A stretch of DNA of 64,000 nt, from positions 34,303 to 98,302 of the forward strand of contig CAZJQN010000001.1 of assembly GCA_964548125.1 (NCBI GenBank), in the 5' to 3' direction. The position numbers and the translations under genes were made by a program. This document shows, one piece after another, positions 9,081 to 17,620 of this stretch (positions are counted from its first letter, which is position 1; each line of letters starts with the position of its first letter). The notes under the pieces were generated by a model. It ran no database searches. It had not been told where the DNA came from and saw only the letters and a program-made list of their open reading frames with translations. The DNA is from an uncultured Bacteroidales bacterium. Its GTDB lineage: Bacteria; Bacteroidota; Bacteroidia; Bacteroidales; JAAYUG01.

Positions 9081-9323
9081 TGCACTGATGCGTAAAATTC
9101 CTGTTCCTGTTGCCCCTGGTCTGGTTAGCAAGAAGTAATGTAATACCAGTAAACAAAATAAACGCAATTGGTTTGCTTGCACAGTTCCTGTATTTGTATG
9201 GAACTGATTTCCTTTGAAGAATAAGATGAACAGATTGTCCAGAAGAAGAGAAGAAATTAGGTTAAAGAACATTCATGGTTTATCACGTAAAAATTATTTT
9301 TGTGCAAACAAAAACCGCAAATT

Positions 9324-10418
9324 ATGTCTGTAAAACAAACTGCATTTCATGATATCCATGTGAAACTTGGTGCCCGTATGGTTGAATTTGCGGGATTCAG
9401 GATGCCGCTGGAATATACGGGAGTAACTGATGAACATGTTACGGTGCGAACCGGTGTTGGTGTTTTTGATGTTTCCCATATGGGCGAAATCTGGGTCAGG
9501 GGACCTTATGCTCTTGATCTGATTCAGAGAATAACTACCAATGATGCCTCCGTTCTTACTCCTGGAAAAGTTCAATACTCCTGCATGCCAAACGGAAGAG
9601 GAGGAATTGTGGATGACCTTCTTGTATACTGCTTTAATGGTCAAACCTACCTTTTGGTTGTGAATGCCGCCAATATTGAAAAAGACTGGAATTGGATCGT
9701 ACAGCAGAATTCCATGGGGGCTGTTCTTGAAAATGCCTCCGACAACATATCCCAGCTGGCTGTTCAGGGCCCCAAGACAGCAGAGATTCTGCAGGAACTT
9801 ACGCCAGTTAACCTCTCAGAATTAAAATACTATACATTCACTACAGGAGAAATAGCAGGCGTACCTGAAGTTATTATATCAGCTACAGGTTATACAGGCG
9901 CTGGTGGATTTGAATTGTATTTTCCGAATGCATTTGCCGAAAAAATCTGGAATGCAGTATTCGAAGCCGGCAAAAAGGCAGGGATCAAACCGGCAGGACT
10001 GGCTGCACGTGATACCTTGCGACTGGAAATGGGATATTGTTTATACGGTAACGATATTGACGATACTACATCTCCTATCGAAGCTGGTCTCGGCTGGATT
10101 ACAAAATTCACCGAAGGAAAAAATTTTATTGACAAAGAGCTATTATTGCAACAGAAACAAAATGGTGTTACACGAAAACTCGTTGGTTTTGAGATGATAG
10201 AGAGAGGAATTCCAAGACAGCATTATGCCATTGCCGATGCCTCAGGCAACAAAGTAGGTGAAGTTACCTCAGGAACAATGTCTCCTATGCTGAAAAAGGG
10301 AATAGGAATGGGCTATGTAAAAACCGAACTTTCGACCCCCGGAACTGAAATCTCCATCATCATCAGAGAAAAACCTGTTAAGGCTGTTGTAGTAAAACCT
10401 CCTTTCTTCAAACCTTAG
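9324..10418 (+). CDS. gcvT: Glycine cleavage system aminomethyltransferase (T protein)
   Basis: [33 protein letters not shown]..., FDVSHMGEI and LAVQGPK are classic GcvT motifs. The start is placed at the internal ATG 9324. A TATTTTTG box sits at 9295-9302. Confidence 0.93.
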   Translation: MSVKQTAFHDIHVKLGARMVEFAGFRMPLEYTGVTDEHVTVRTGVGVFDVSHMGEIWVRGPYALDLIQRITTNDASVLTPGKVQYSCMPNGRGGIVDDLLVYCFNGQTYLLVVNAANIEKDWNWIVQQNSMGAVLENASDNISQLAVQGPKTAEILQELTPVNLSELKYYTFTTGEIAGVPEVIISATGYTGAGGFELYFPNAFAEKIWNAVFEAGKKAGIKPAGLAARDTLRLEMGYCLYGNDIDDTTSPIEAGLGWITKFTEGKNFIDKELLLQQKQNGVTRKLVGFEMIERGIPRQHYAIADASGNKVGEVTSGTMSPMLKKGIGMGYVKTELSTPGTEISIIIREKPVKAVVVKPPFFKP

Positions 10419-10439
10419 TTTCCATTATTTTGAAGTTAA

Positions 10440-11195
10440 ATGAGTGAGTTGCAGAACCAGGTTTCCGAAAGAACATTACGGATAGAAGTGTGTTTTTCCC
10501 CGGTAATGTATTCTGCTTTCCATAATTCAGAAGCGATTGTGGTTGTTACCGATGTTTTGAGGGCATCTTCTGCCATTGTTACGGCTCTGATGAACGGTGC
10601 ACAGTCGGTTATACCAGTGGAAACAATTCTGGAAGCAAAGAATTTGAAATCAAAGGGATTTCTTGTTGCGGCCGAAAGAGATGGTATCAAACTGGATTTT
10701 GCCGATCTTGGAAATAGTCCATTTAATTTTACAGCAGATAAAATTTCTGGTAAACAGATTGTCTATTCCACAACAAACGGAACACAGGCCATTCACATGG
10801 CAAGGGAAGCACACAGGGTGATTGTGGGAGCTTTTATTAATCTTTCGGCTATCTGTAGTTTTCTTACCAGAATGGACCGTGATATCATCATCTTATGTGC
10901 CGGATGGAAAAACAGGTTCAGTCTTGAAGATACAGTTCATGCCGGTGCTATTGTGGAAAAAGTTCTGCAGAACCAACGGTTCAGTACTATTTGTGATTCG
11001 GCACTTGCCGCGTTGGATTTGTGGAAGTTTGCAAAACCGGATCTCAGGGGATATCTTGAAAAATGTGCCCAGAGAAGTCGGCTGAGGAAGAATAATCTCG
11101 ATGATGTAATTGATTACTGCCTTACCCCTGACTTAACCGAGGTAATTCCTGTTTTTCATGAAGAGAAACTTATTGATATTCAACAAATAAGTTGA
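10440..11195 (+). CDS. 2-phosphosulfolactate phosphatase (ComB) family protein
   Basis: 251 aa. VVVTDVLRASSAIVTAL.NGA..VIPV and LVAAERDG....FADLGNSP match the ComB family pattern. Confidence 0.8.
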   Translation: MSELQNQVSERTLRIEVCFSPVMYSAFHNSEAIVVVTDVLRASSAIVTALMNGAQSVIPVETILEAKNLKSKGFLVAAERDGIKLDFADLGNSPFNFTADKISGKQIVYSTTNGTQAIHMAREAHRVIVGAFINLSAICSFLTRMDRDIIILCAGWKNRFSLEDTVHAGAIVEKVLQNQRFSTICDSALAALDLWKFAKPDLRGYLEKCAQRSRLRKNNLDDVIDYCLTPDLTEVIPVFHEEKLIDIQQIS

Positions 11196-11286
11196 AAGGA
11201 TCCCTGGTATTTATTCGCTACCGGGAATTGAATCAAAAAAATGAAGATATTTACACTGAAATTTAACCTTTAATACATTCACGCAA

Positions 11287-12363
11287 ATGAAAAAACACAA
11301 TTTTTCTGCAGGGCCCAGTATTTTGCCGCAGTATACATTTGAAGAAACGGCCAAGGCAGTATTGAATTTTAACAACATGGGCCTTTCCATTATGGAAATT
11401 TCCCACCGGAGCAAAGATTTTGAGGCAGTTGTCAATGAGGCTGTTGCGCTTTTTAAAGATCTTTTGTCCATTCCTGATGGATATTCTGTTATTTTTCTTG
11501 GAGGTGGTGCAAGTATGCAGTTTTGTATGGTTCCGTACAATCTTCTCGAGAAAAAGGCTGCTTATCTGAATACAGGAGTATGGGCATCAAAGGCTATCAA
11601 AGAGGCAAAATACTTTGGTGAAGTAGTGGAAGTTGCCTCGTCCAAAGATGCCAATTTCAATTACATTCCCCGCAATTTTACAATTCCGACAGATGTGGAT
11701 TATTTTCACATTACCACCAATAATACCATTTATGGAACAGAGCTTAAGGAAGATTTAACTTCACCTGTTCCACTGGTGGCAGACATGTCGTCTGATATTT
11801 TCAGCCGACCGGTGGATGTTAGCAAATATGGTCTTATTTACGGTGGAGCGCAGAAGAACCTGGGACCAGCCGGTGTTGCATTTGTGGTCATCCGAAACGA
11901 TATCCTTGGGAAAGTATCCCGACCGATTCCATCCATGCTCAATTATCAGCTTCACATTGAGAACAATTCATTGTACAACACCCCGCCTGTACTGCCCATT
12001 TATTCTTCCTTGCTGACGCTTCGCTGGCTGAAGGAGCAGGGTGGTGTTCATGTGATGCAGAAGAGAAACCAAGAAAAAGCGGCCATACTGTATGAAGAAA
12101 TTGAAAGGAACCGTTTGTTTAAACCTACCGTGCCGAAGAAGGAAGATCGTTCCATAATGAACGTTTGCTGGGTGATGGAAGAGCAATATAAAGATCTTGA
12201 GCAGGAGTTTCTTAGTTTTGCCCAGTCACGTGGGATGGTGGGTATAAAGGGCCATCGGTCTGTGGGTGGTTTCAGGGCTTCACTTTACAATGCCCTTCCG
12301 GTTGAAAGTGTTAAAGCATTGATTGAAACTATGCAGGAATTTGAAAAAATGAAGGCAAAATAA
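11287..12363 (+). CDS. serC: Phosphoserine aminotransferase
   Basis: 358 aa. [15 protein letters not shown], the SHRSKDF motif and [11 protein letters not shown] (PLP-Lys region) are present. Confidence 0.93.
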   Translation: MKKHNFSAGPSILPQYTFEETAKAVLNFNNMGLSIMEISHRSKDFEAVVNEAVALFKDLLSIPDGYSVIFLGGGASMQFCMVPYNLLEKKAAYLNTGVWASKAIKEAKYFGEVVEVASSKDANFNYIPRNFTIPTDVDYFHITTNNTIYGTELKEDLTSPVPLVADMSSDIFSRPVDVSKYGLIYGGAQKNLGPAGVAFVVIRNDILGKVSRPIPSMLNYQLHIENNSLYNTPPVLPIYSSLLTLRWLKEQGGVHVMQKRNQEKAAILYEEIERNRLFKPTVPKKEDRSIMNVCWVMEEQYKDLEQEFLSFAQSRGMVGIKGHRSVGGFRASLYNALPVESVKALIETMQEFEKMKAK

Positions 12364-12495
12364 ATTCTTCAATACCTGTTATTCGATCCTTGAGGCAATG
12401 GAATTCTGTCAATGCAAGCAATTGTCAGCCGGTTAAAGATTCCGACAGACAAACATTCTTTTTTGTGATGAATAAATTTTAAACCCCCTGTTTCT

Positions 12496-13416
12496 ATGAA
12501 AAGAATTCTTTTGGCAACCGAAAAACCATTTGCTAAAGTTGCAGTGGATGGCATCAGGGAAATATTCAGCAAAGCAGGTTATGAACTGGTTTTGCTCGAA
12601 AAATATCCGTCAAAGGATGCGTTTATCAAGGCTGTTGCGAGTGTTGACGGCCTTATTGTCCGAAGTGATCAGGTAGATGCAGATATTGTTGAGGCGGCTC
12701 AGAAGCTAAAGATTGTTGTTCGCGCAGGAGCTGGTTACGATAATATTGATCTGAAGGCATGTTCTGCCCGTAATATTGTGGTAATGAATACCCCGGGACA
12801 GAATGCCAATGCCGTTGCTGAACTTGTAATGGGAATCATGGTTTACCTTGCCCGTAACGGTTTTAATGGCACTTCTGGTATTGAGCTTCGGGGAAAGAAG
12901 CTGGGTATTCATGGCTACGGGCATGTAGGTAGGATCGTCGGTATGATCGGGAAAGGCTTTGGAATGAAAGTATTTGCACACGATCCTTTTGTTGATCCTG
13001 TAATGATTGCCAATGACGGTGTGCAGCATGAACCCGATGTTCATGACCTGTACCGGAAATGTCAGTTTATATCACTGCATCTGCCGCTTACAGATAAAAC
13101 ACGCGAATCTATTACGTCTGAATTTCTATTTCTGATGCCTGAAGGTGCCATGTTGATCAATACAGCCCGTAAAGAAATTGTGCATGAGCCTTCCCTGCTG
13201 GAGATGTTTGAAAAAAGACCGGATTTCAAATACGGATCGGATATAATTCCTGATGTTGCGGAGACCCTATCTGCTAATTACCCTGGTCGTTTTTTCTTTA
13301 CTCCAAAAAAAATGGGCGCTCAGACCTTTGAAGCCAATGTGAATGCTGGTCTTGCAGCTGCCCGTCAAATTGTTGGTTTTTTTGAAAAAGGAGATTGTAT
13401 CTTTAAAGTAAACTGA
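12496..13416 (+). CDS. serA: D-3-phosphoglycerate dehydrogenase (short form, no ACT domain)
   Basis: 306 aa. This is a D-isomer 2-hydroxyacid dehydrogenase with the GIHGYGHVGR NAD-binding motif. It is adjacent to serC. Confidence 0.8.
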   Translation: MKRILLATEKPFAKVAVDGIREIFSKAGYELVLLEKYPSKDAFIKAVASVDGLIVRSDQVDADIVEAAQKLKIVVRAGAGYDNIDLKACSARNIVVMNTPGQNANAVAELVMGIMVYLARNGFNGTSGIELRGKKLGIHGYGHVGRIVGMIGKGFGMKVFAHDPFVDPVMIANDGVQHEPDVHDLYRKCQFISLHLPLTDKTRESITSEFLFLMPEGAMLINTARKEIVHEPSLLEMFEKRPDFKYGSDIIPDVAETLSANYPGRFFFTPKKMGAQTFEANVNAGLAAARQIVGFFEKGDCIFKVN

Positions 13417-13431
13417 TTAATTAAGATTTTT

Positions 13432-14679
13432 ATGGCAATAATTAAGCCTTTCAAAGGAATTAGACCTGTAAAGGACAAGGCATATCTGGTTGCTTCGCGG
13501 CCTTACGATGTACTGAACAAGGATGAAGCAAGGGAAGAGGCAAAAGGAAATCCATATTCGTTTCTACATGTAATTAAACCTGAAATTGACCTTCCGGATG
13601 ACGTTTATGAATATGATCCTTCGGTGTACCGCAAGGGGAGGGAATACTTTGATCAGTTGGTTCAGCAGGGAGTTTTCTTTCAGGACGCAAAGGAACTCCT
13701 TTATATTTACGCCCAGACCATGGAGGGAAGAACACAGTACGGGCTTGTTGCCTGTGCTGCTGTTAGTGATTATATAAATGGTATTGTACGTCGCCATGAG
13801 CTGACGAGACCCGATAAGGAAGAAGACCGGAAGAACCATATAAGGGTAAGCAAACTTCATTACGAACCGGTTTTCTTTGCCTATCAACCTGTACCTGAAA
13901 TCGATGAAATTATTGCCAGGATTGTCAGGGATAAACCTGAGTATGATTTTACAGCACCCGATGGATTCGGACATCATTTCTGGATTGTGAGAGACCAGTC
14001 TGATATAGAAAAGCTGGTACAACTTTTCAGGGATAAAGTACCTTATACCTATGTTGCCGACGGACATCACCGTACAGCTGCAGCTGCCCTTGTAGGGGAA
14101 GAAATGAAAAAAAATAATCCTTTTCATACCGGAAAGGAAGAATACAATTATTTTCTGGCAGTTCATTTTCCCGCAAATCAGTTGTCCATCATTGATTACA
14201 ATAGGGTGGTAAAGGATCTGAACGGTTTACTTCCGGATGAATTCCTGCGAAAAATTGAAGAATACTTTGTAGTTGGCCGCAAAGGATCAGGAATATACAA
14301 ACCAGAGCGCCCGCATACATTCAGTATGTATTTTGGAGGTGAATGGTACGAACTTGTCGCAAAGGAAGGGACGTATCGTGACGATGATCCTATTGCCTGC
14401 CTCGATGTAACGGTTCTTTCAGAATATATACTGAAACGGATACTGGGAATTGAAGATCTTCGGAAATCAAAAAGGATTGATTTTGTCGGGGGTATTCGTG
14501 GATTGGCTGAACTTCAAAGGCGTGTTGACAGTGGAGAGATGGCCGTGGCATTTGCTCTCTATCCTGTTTCAATGAAACAACTGATAGACATCGCTGACAC
14601 CGGCAATATCATGCCACCTAAAACAACCTGGTTCGAACCGAAGCTGCGAAGCGGGCTGGTTATTCACAGCCTTGAATAA
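13432..14679 (+). CDS. DUF1015 family protein
   Basis: 415 aa. The MAIIKPFKGIRP start, the RHELTRPDKEEDR motif and ADGHHR are, as I recall, hallmarks of DUF1015. Confidence 0.8.
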   Translation: MAIIKPFKGIRPVKDKAYLVASRPYDVLNKDEAREEAKGNPYSFLHVIKPEIDLPDDVYEYDPSVYRKGREYFDQLVQQGVFFQDAKELLYIYAQTMEGRTQYGLVACAAVSDYINGIVRRHELTRPDKEEDRKNHIRVSKLHYEPVFFAYQPVPEIDEIIARIVRDKPEYDFTAPDGFGHHFWIVRDQSDIEKLVQLFRDKVPYTYVADGHHRTAAAALVGEEMKKNNPFHTGKEEYNYFLAVHFPANQLSIIDYNRVVKDLNGLLPDEFLRKIEEYFVVGRKGSGIYKPERPHTFSMYFGGEWYELVAKEGTYRDDDPIACLDVTVLSEYILKRILGIEDLRKSKRIDFVGGIRGLAELQRRVDSGEMAVAFALYPVSMKQLIDIADTGNIMPPKTTWFEPKLRSGLVIHSLE

Positions 14680-14687
14680 TTGTTTCC

Positions 14688-15353
14688 ATGGACAAAGAAC
14701 AATTTCTTTCGGTTAAAAGGAGTCTGCCACCTCATGTAAAACTTGTGGCCGTAACCAAAACACATCCTCCTGAAACAATCATGGAGGCTTACCGTCTTGG
14801 CCATAAAATTTTTGGTGAAAACAAAGTTCAGGAACTTGTGGCCAAACAGCAGGTACTCCCGAAAGACATTGAATGGCACCTGATAGGACATCTGCAAACC
14901 AACAAGGTGAAGTACATTATTCCCTTCATCAGCATGATCCAATCGGTCGATAGTCTGAAACTACTAAAGGTTATTGATTCCGAGGCATCCAAAACCGGAA
15001 GAATCATCAATTGCTTGCTTGAGTTTCACATTGCGGGGGAGGAAACAAAATTCGGATTGGATCTGTGTGAGGCACGGAATATCCTGGAATCGGACGAATA
15101 CAGAGCCATGAGAAACATCAGGATATGCGGAGTGATGGGTATGGCAAGCTTTACACCCGACCGTGCCCAGATAAGGAAGGAATTCAGACAACTAACTGAA
15201 ATATTCCGGACCCTTCGCTCGGATTATTTCTTAGATTCAGATTGTTTTAGGGAGATTTCAATGGGTATGTCGGGCGACTACGACATTGCTATAGAGGAAG
15301 GTGCAACTATTGTGAGATTAGGGACAATTCTTTTCGGTGAGCGGATAAAATGA
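14688..15353 (+). CDS. yggS: YggS family pyridoxal-phosphate homeostasis protein
   Basis: 221 aa. LVAVTKTHP (PLP-Lys), FGENKVQEL, WHLIGHLQTNKVK and MGMSGDY are present. Confidence 0.92.
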   Translation: MDKEQFLSVKRSLPPHVKLVAVTKTHPPETIMEAYRLGHKIFGENKVQELVAKQQVLPKDIEWHLIGHLQTNKVKYIIPFISMIQSVDSLKLLKVIDSEASKTGRIINCLLEFHIAGEETKFGLDLCEARNILESDEYRAMRNIRICGVMGMASFTPDRAQIRKEFRQLTEIFRTLRSDYFLDSDCFREISMGMSGDYDIAIEEGATIVRLGTILFGERIK

Positions 15354-15401
15354 AACACGAGCAAGAAACTATTATTTTTACAGTGTTAAACTTTAAATAA
15401 A

Positions 15402-16379
15402 ATGGCTGATTTACATTCTGTTTATCTGGGGATAAGGCTTCGTAATCCTTTGATTATAAGTTCATCAGGTCTTACTGATCAGGTATCTAAAATCAAAAAA
15501 CTGGAAGAATGCGGTGCAGGCGCTGTCGTTCTGAAATCGCTTTTTGAAGAACAAATCCTCCATGAAGCAGGGAAGATGATGGATCAGGGTGATTATCCCG
15601 GTGCAGAAGATTATCTGAAGATGTACGCGCGCAATCATACTGTTTCTGAGTACCTTAAACTCATTGAGGATGCAAAAAGAGAAACGCAGATACCTGTTAT
15701 TGCCAGCATAAATTGTGTTTCCACCAGTGAATGGATTGATTTTGCAAAAAACATAGAGCAGGCAGGTGCCGATGCTCTCGAATTGAATATTTTTTATTTG
15801 CCTCTGAATACGGGTAAGAGCAGTGCCGATTACGAAGCCATCTACCTTGATCTTGCTTCACGGGTCAAGGAAACTATTACCATTCCTCTGGCGGTAAAGC
15901 TGGGGCAGAATTTTACCCATCCAGCGGGTATGGTTGAGAAGCTATACCACCGCGGTATAAAAGGAGTTGTTTTGTTCAACCGCTTCTACGAGCCCGATAT
16001 TGATCTGGAGCATATGCATTTCAAGGCTGCCGACGTGTTCAGTACCCCCTCAGAACTGAGCCATACGCTCAGGTGGGTTGGAATTGTCAGTAGTCTGGTT
16101 GAAAAGATTGATGTAGCCGCCTCAACCGGTGTACATACTTCGGAAGGGGTTCTAAAAATGATTCTTGCCGGGGCTAAGGCAGTTATGATGTGCTCAGCTG
16201 TTTATAAAAACGGTCCTGAATACATAAAAAAGGTTGTTGGAGAGGTGAATCAGTGGCTGGATAAAAACAATATAAAAAGAATTGAAGAATTGCGGGGCCG
16301 ATTGAGTTATGCCCGGTTGGAAAATCCTGCCGCCTACGAAAGAGCTCAGTTTATGAAGTATTTTTCAGCCCTGCATTGA
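15402..16379 (+). CDS. Dihydroorotate dehydrogenase-like protein (class 1 DHOD-like TIM barrel)
   Basis: 325 aa. The sequence is a DHOD/DHPD-like FMN barrel (LRNPLIISSSGLT, ELNIFYLP, VVLFNRF). Its true substrate is uncertain. Confidence 0.7.
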   Translation: MADLHSVYLGIRLRNPLIISSSGLTDQVSKIKKLEECGAGAVVLKSLFEEQILHEAGKMMDQGDYPGAEDYLKMYARNHTVSEYLKLIEDAKRETQIPVIASINCVSTSEWIDFAKNIEQAGADALELNIFYLPLNTGKSSADYEAIYLDLASRVKETITIPLAVKLGQNFTHPAGMVEKLYHRGIKGVVLFNRFYEPDIDLEHMHFKAADVFSTPSELSHTLRWVGIVSSLVEKIDVAASTGVHTSEGVLKMILAGAKAVMMCSAVYKNGPEYIKKVVGEVNQWLDKNNIKRIEELRGRLSYARLENPAAYERAQFMKYFSALH

Positions 16380-16401
16380 GTCTCTCCCTCTGTGGAAAAA
16401 A

Positions 16402-17610
16402 CTATTCAGTACACAACTGGAGTGATTGTTTGTAAGCATCCTTGTTTCCAAGTGTAGCCGCTTTTTTCAAATCATTACAGGCCCCTTCCGGGTCTCCGTT
16501 GTACATACGGGCCATACCTTTCTGATACCATGCCTCTGCGATTTCAGGATTCAAATCGAGTGCCTGTGCGAAGTCATGAATAGCATTTTTGTAATTTCTC
16601 ATTTCAAGGTGGCAGAGACCTCTTTGGTAAAAGAACTCGGGAACGGAACGATCTATGGTTATGCTGAGGTCGAGTGCTTTAATAGCATCCGCATAGTTGC
16701 GCATGGTGTATAGTATGAAGCCATGGTAGTAATGGGCACGGGGATCTTTGGGGAAAAGAGATAAATACAGTCTCATATCGTCAAGGGAACTACTGAATTT
16801 TCCCTCTGCTGCCAGTGCCCGGGCTCTTTCCTGGTACACTTCGAGCCGTGAGGGATCCAGCTTCAGCACTCTACTGAAATCTTCGGCTGCTTTACCATAC
16901 TTTCCGCTTTCAAGCAACAGAATTGCGCGTTGCCAAAAATATTCAGGCTGTCTTTTGTTCAGGTCAATGGCCTGGTTCAGATCTTTCAGTGCATTACTTT
17001 TGTTTCCGAGTAAATTATATGCCCTTGCTCTCAGAAAATACCACTCGTGCTTTTTGGGGAAACGTGTAATCCATTCGGAAAGCCGGGCAACTGCTTCCAC
17101 CGGGTTGCTGCTTTCAATAAGATATATGGCCTCTGCTGTATTCTGCTCGGCTTTAGTATACCAGTTATTTTTCCAAACCTCGTTCCATTCTTTGGTGTTT
17201 TCAATTAAGCGAAAGGATTTGTCAAGTTTAATTTTGGCTTCCGGCAACCGGTCAGAGGTCTGCAGATGTTTCCTCAGCCATTCCGCAGATTCGGCTGGTT
17301 TATTCATAAGAGCGTAACAGCATGCAATCTCATAACTTGCAACGCCATTTTTTCTTTTTTCAGCTGAAAGAAAATCAACTAACGCACTGTCATTCTTCCC
17401 AGCCATAAGAAAAGCCTTGCCTCTTCTGAAATAATAGTCGTAATTGGTTGAATCACTAAGTATGAGTTCGGTAAAATATGTTGCTGACTCAGAGTAATTA
17501 CCCTGACAGGTAGCAGCTACTCCTTTCATCCAGAGCAGATGCTGGGGTTCCTGTGCATAAACACAGGCAAAAAAAGCTAAGTTTACTAAAATAATCACAT
17601 GCCTGATCAT
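16402..17610 (-). CDS. TPR repeat protein, secreted
   Basis: The track ORF runs 16402-17679. The start at 17610 (MIRHVIILVNLAFFACVYAQ signal peptide) avoids a 59-nt overlap with the upstream gene. There are multiple TPR units. Confidence 0.8.
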   Translation of the reverse strand: MIRHVIILVNLAFFACVYAQEPQHLLWMKGVAATCQGNYSESATYFTELILSDSTNYDYYFRRGKAFLMAGKNDSALVDFLSAEKRKNGVASYEIACCYALMNKPAESAEWLRKHLQTSDRLPEAKIKLDKSFRLIENTKEWNEVWKNNWYTKAEQNTAEAIYLIESSNPVEAVARLSEWITRFPKKHEWYFLRARAYNLLGNKSNALKDLNQAIDLNKRQPEYFWQRAILLLESGKYGKAAEDFSRVLKLDPSRLEVYQERARALAAEGKFSSSLDDMRLYLSLFPKDPRAHYYHGFILYTMRNYADAIKALDLSITIDRSVPEFFYQRGLCHLEMRNYKNAIHDFAQALDLNPEIAEAWYQKGMARMYNGDPEGACNDLKKAATLGNKDAYKQSLQLCTE

Positions 17611-17620
17611 TGCAGATTGA

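Noticed and set aside
9081-9323. Glycine riboswitch upstream of gcvT
   Set aside because: The 243-nt leader lacks the conserved glycine-aptamer core segments as I remember them (GGAGAG ... CACCG ... and the CUCUGGAGAG ... ACCGAAGGGGCAA type). Only a TATTTTTG promoter-like box at 9295-9302 is seen.
13564-14166. Long antisense ORFs inside well-supported genes: 200 aa in DUF1015, 225 aa at 24891-25568 in ppdK, 189 aa at 16748-17317 in the TPR gene, 188 aa at 49558-50124 opposite nth, 155 aa at 47469-47936, 152 aa at 44812-45270
   Set aside because: Each lies entirely opposite a gene with strong family motifs. Their translations are low-complexity or compositionally odd (Ser/Arg/Phe/Ile-rich). 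They are typical shadow ORFs.
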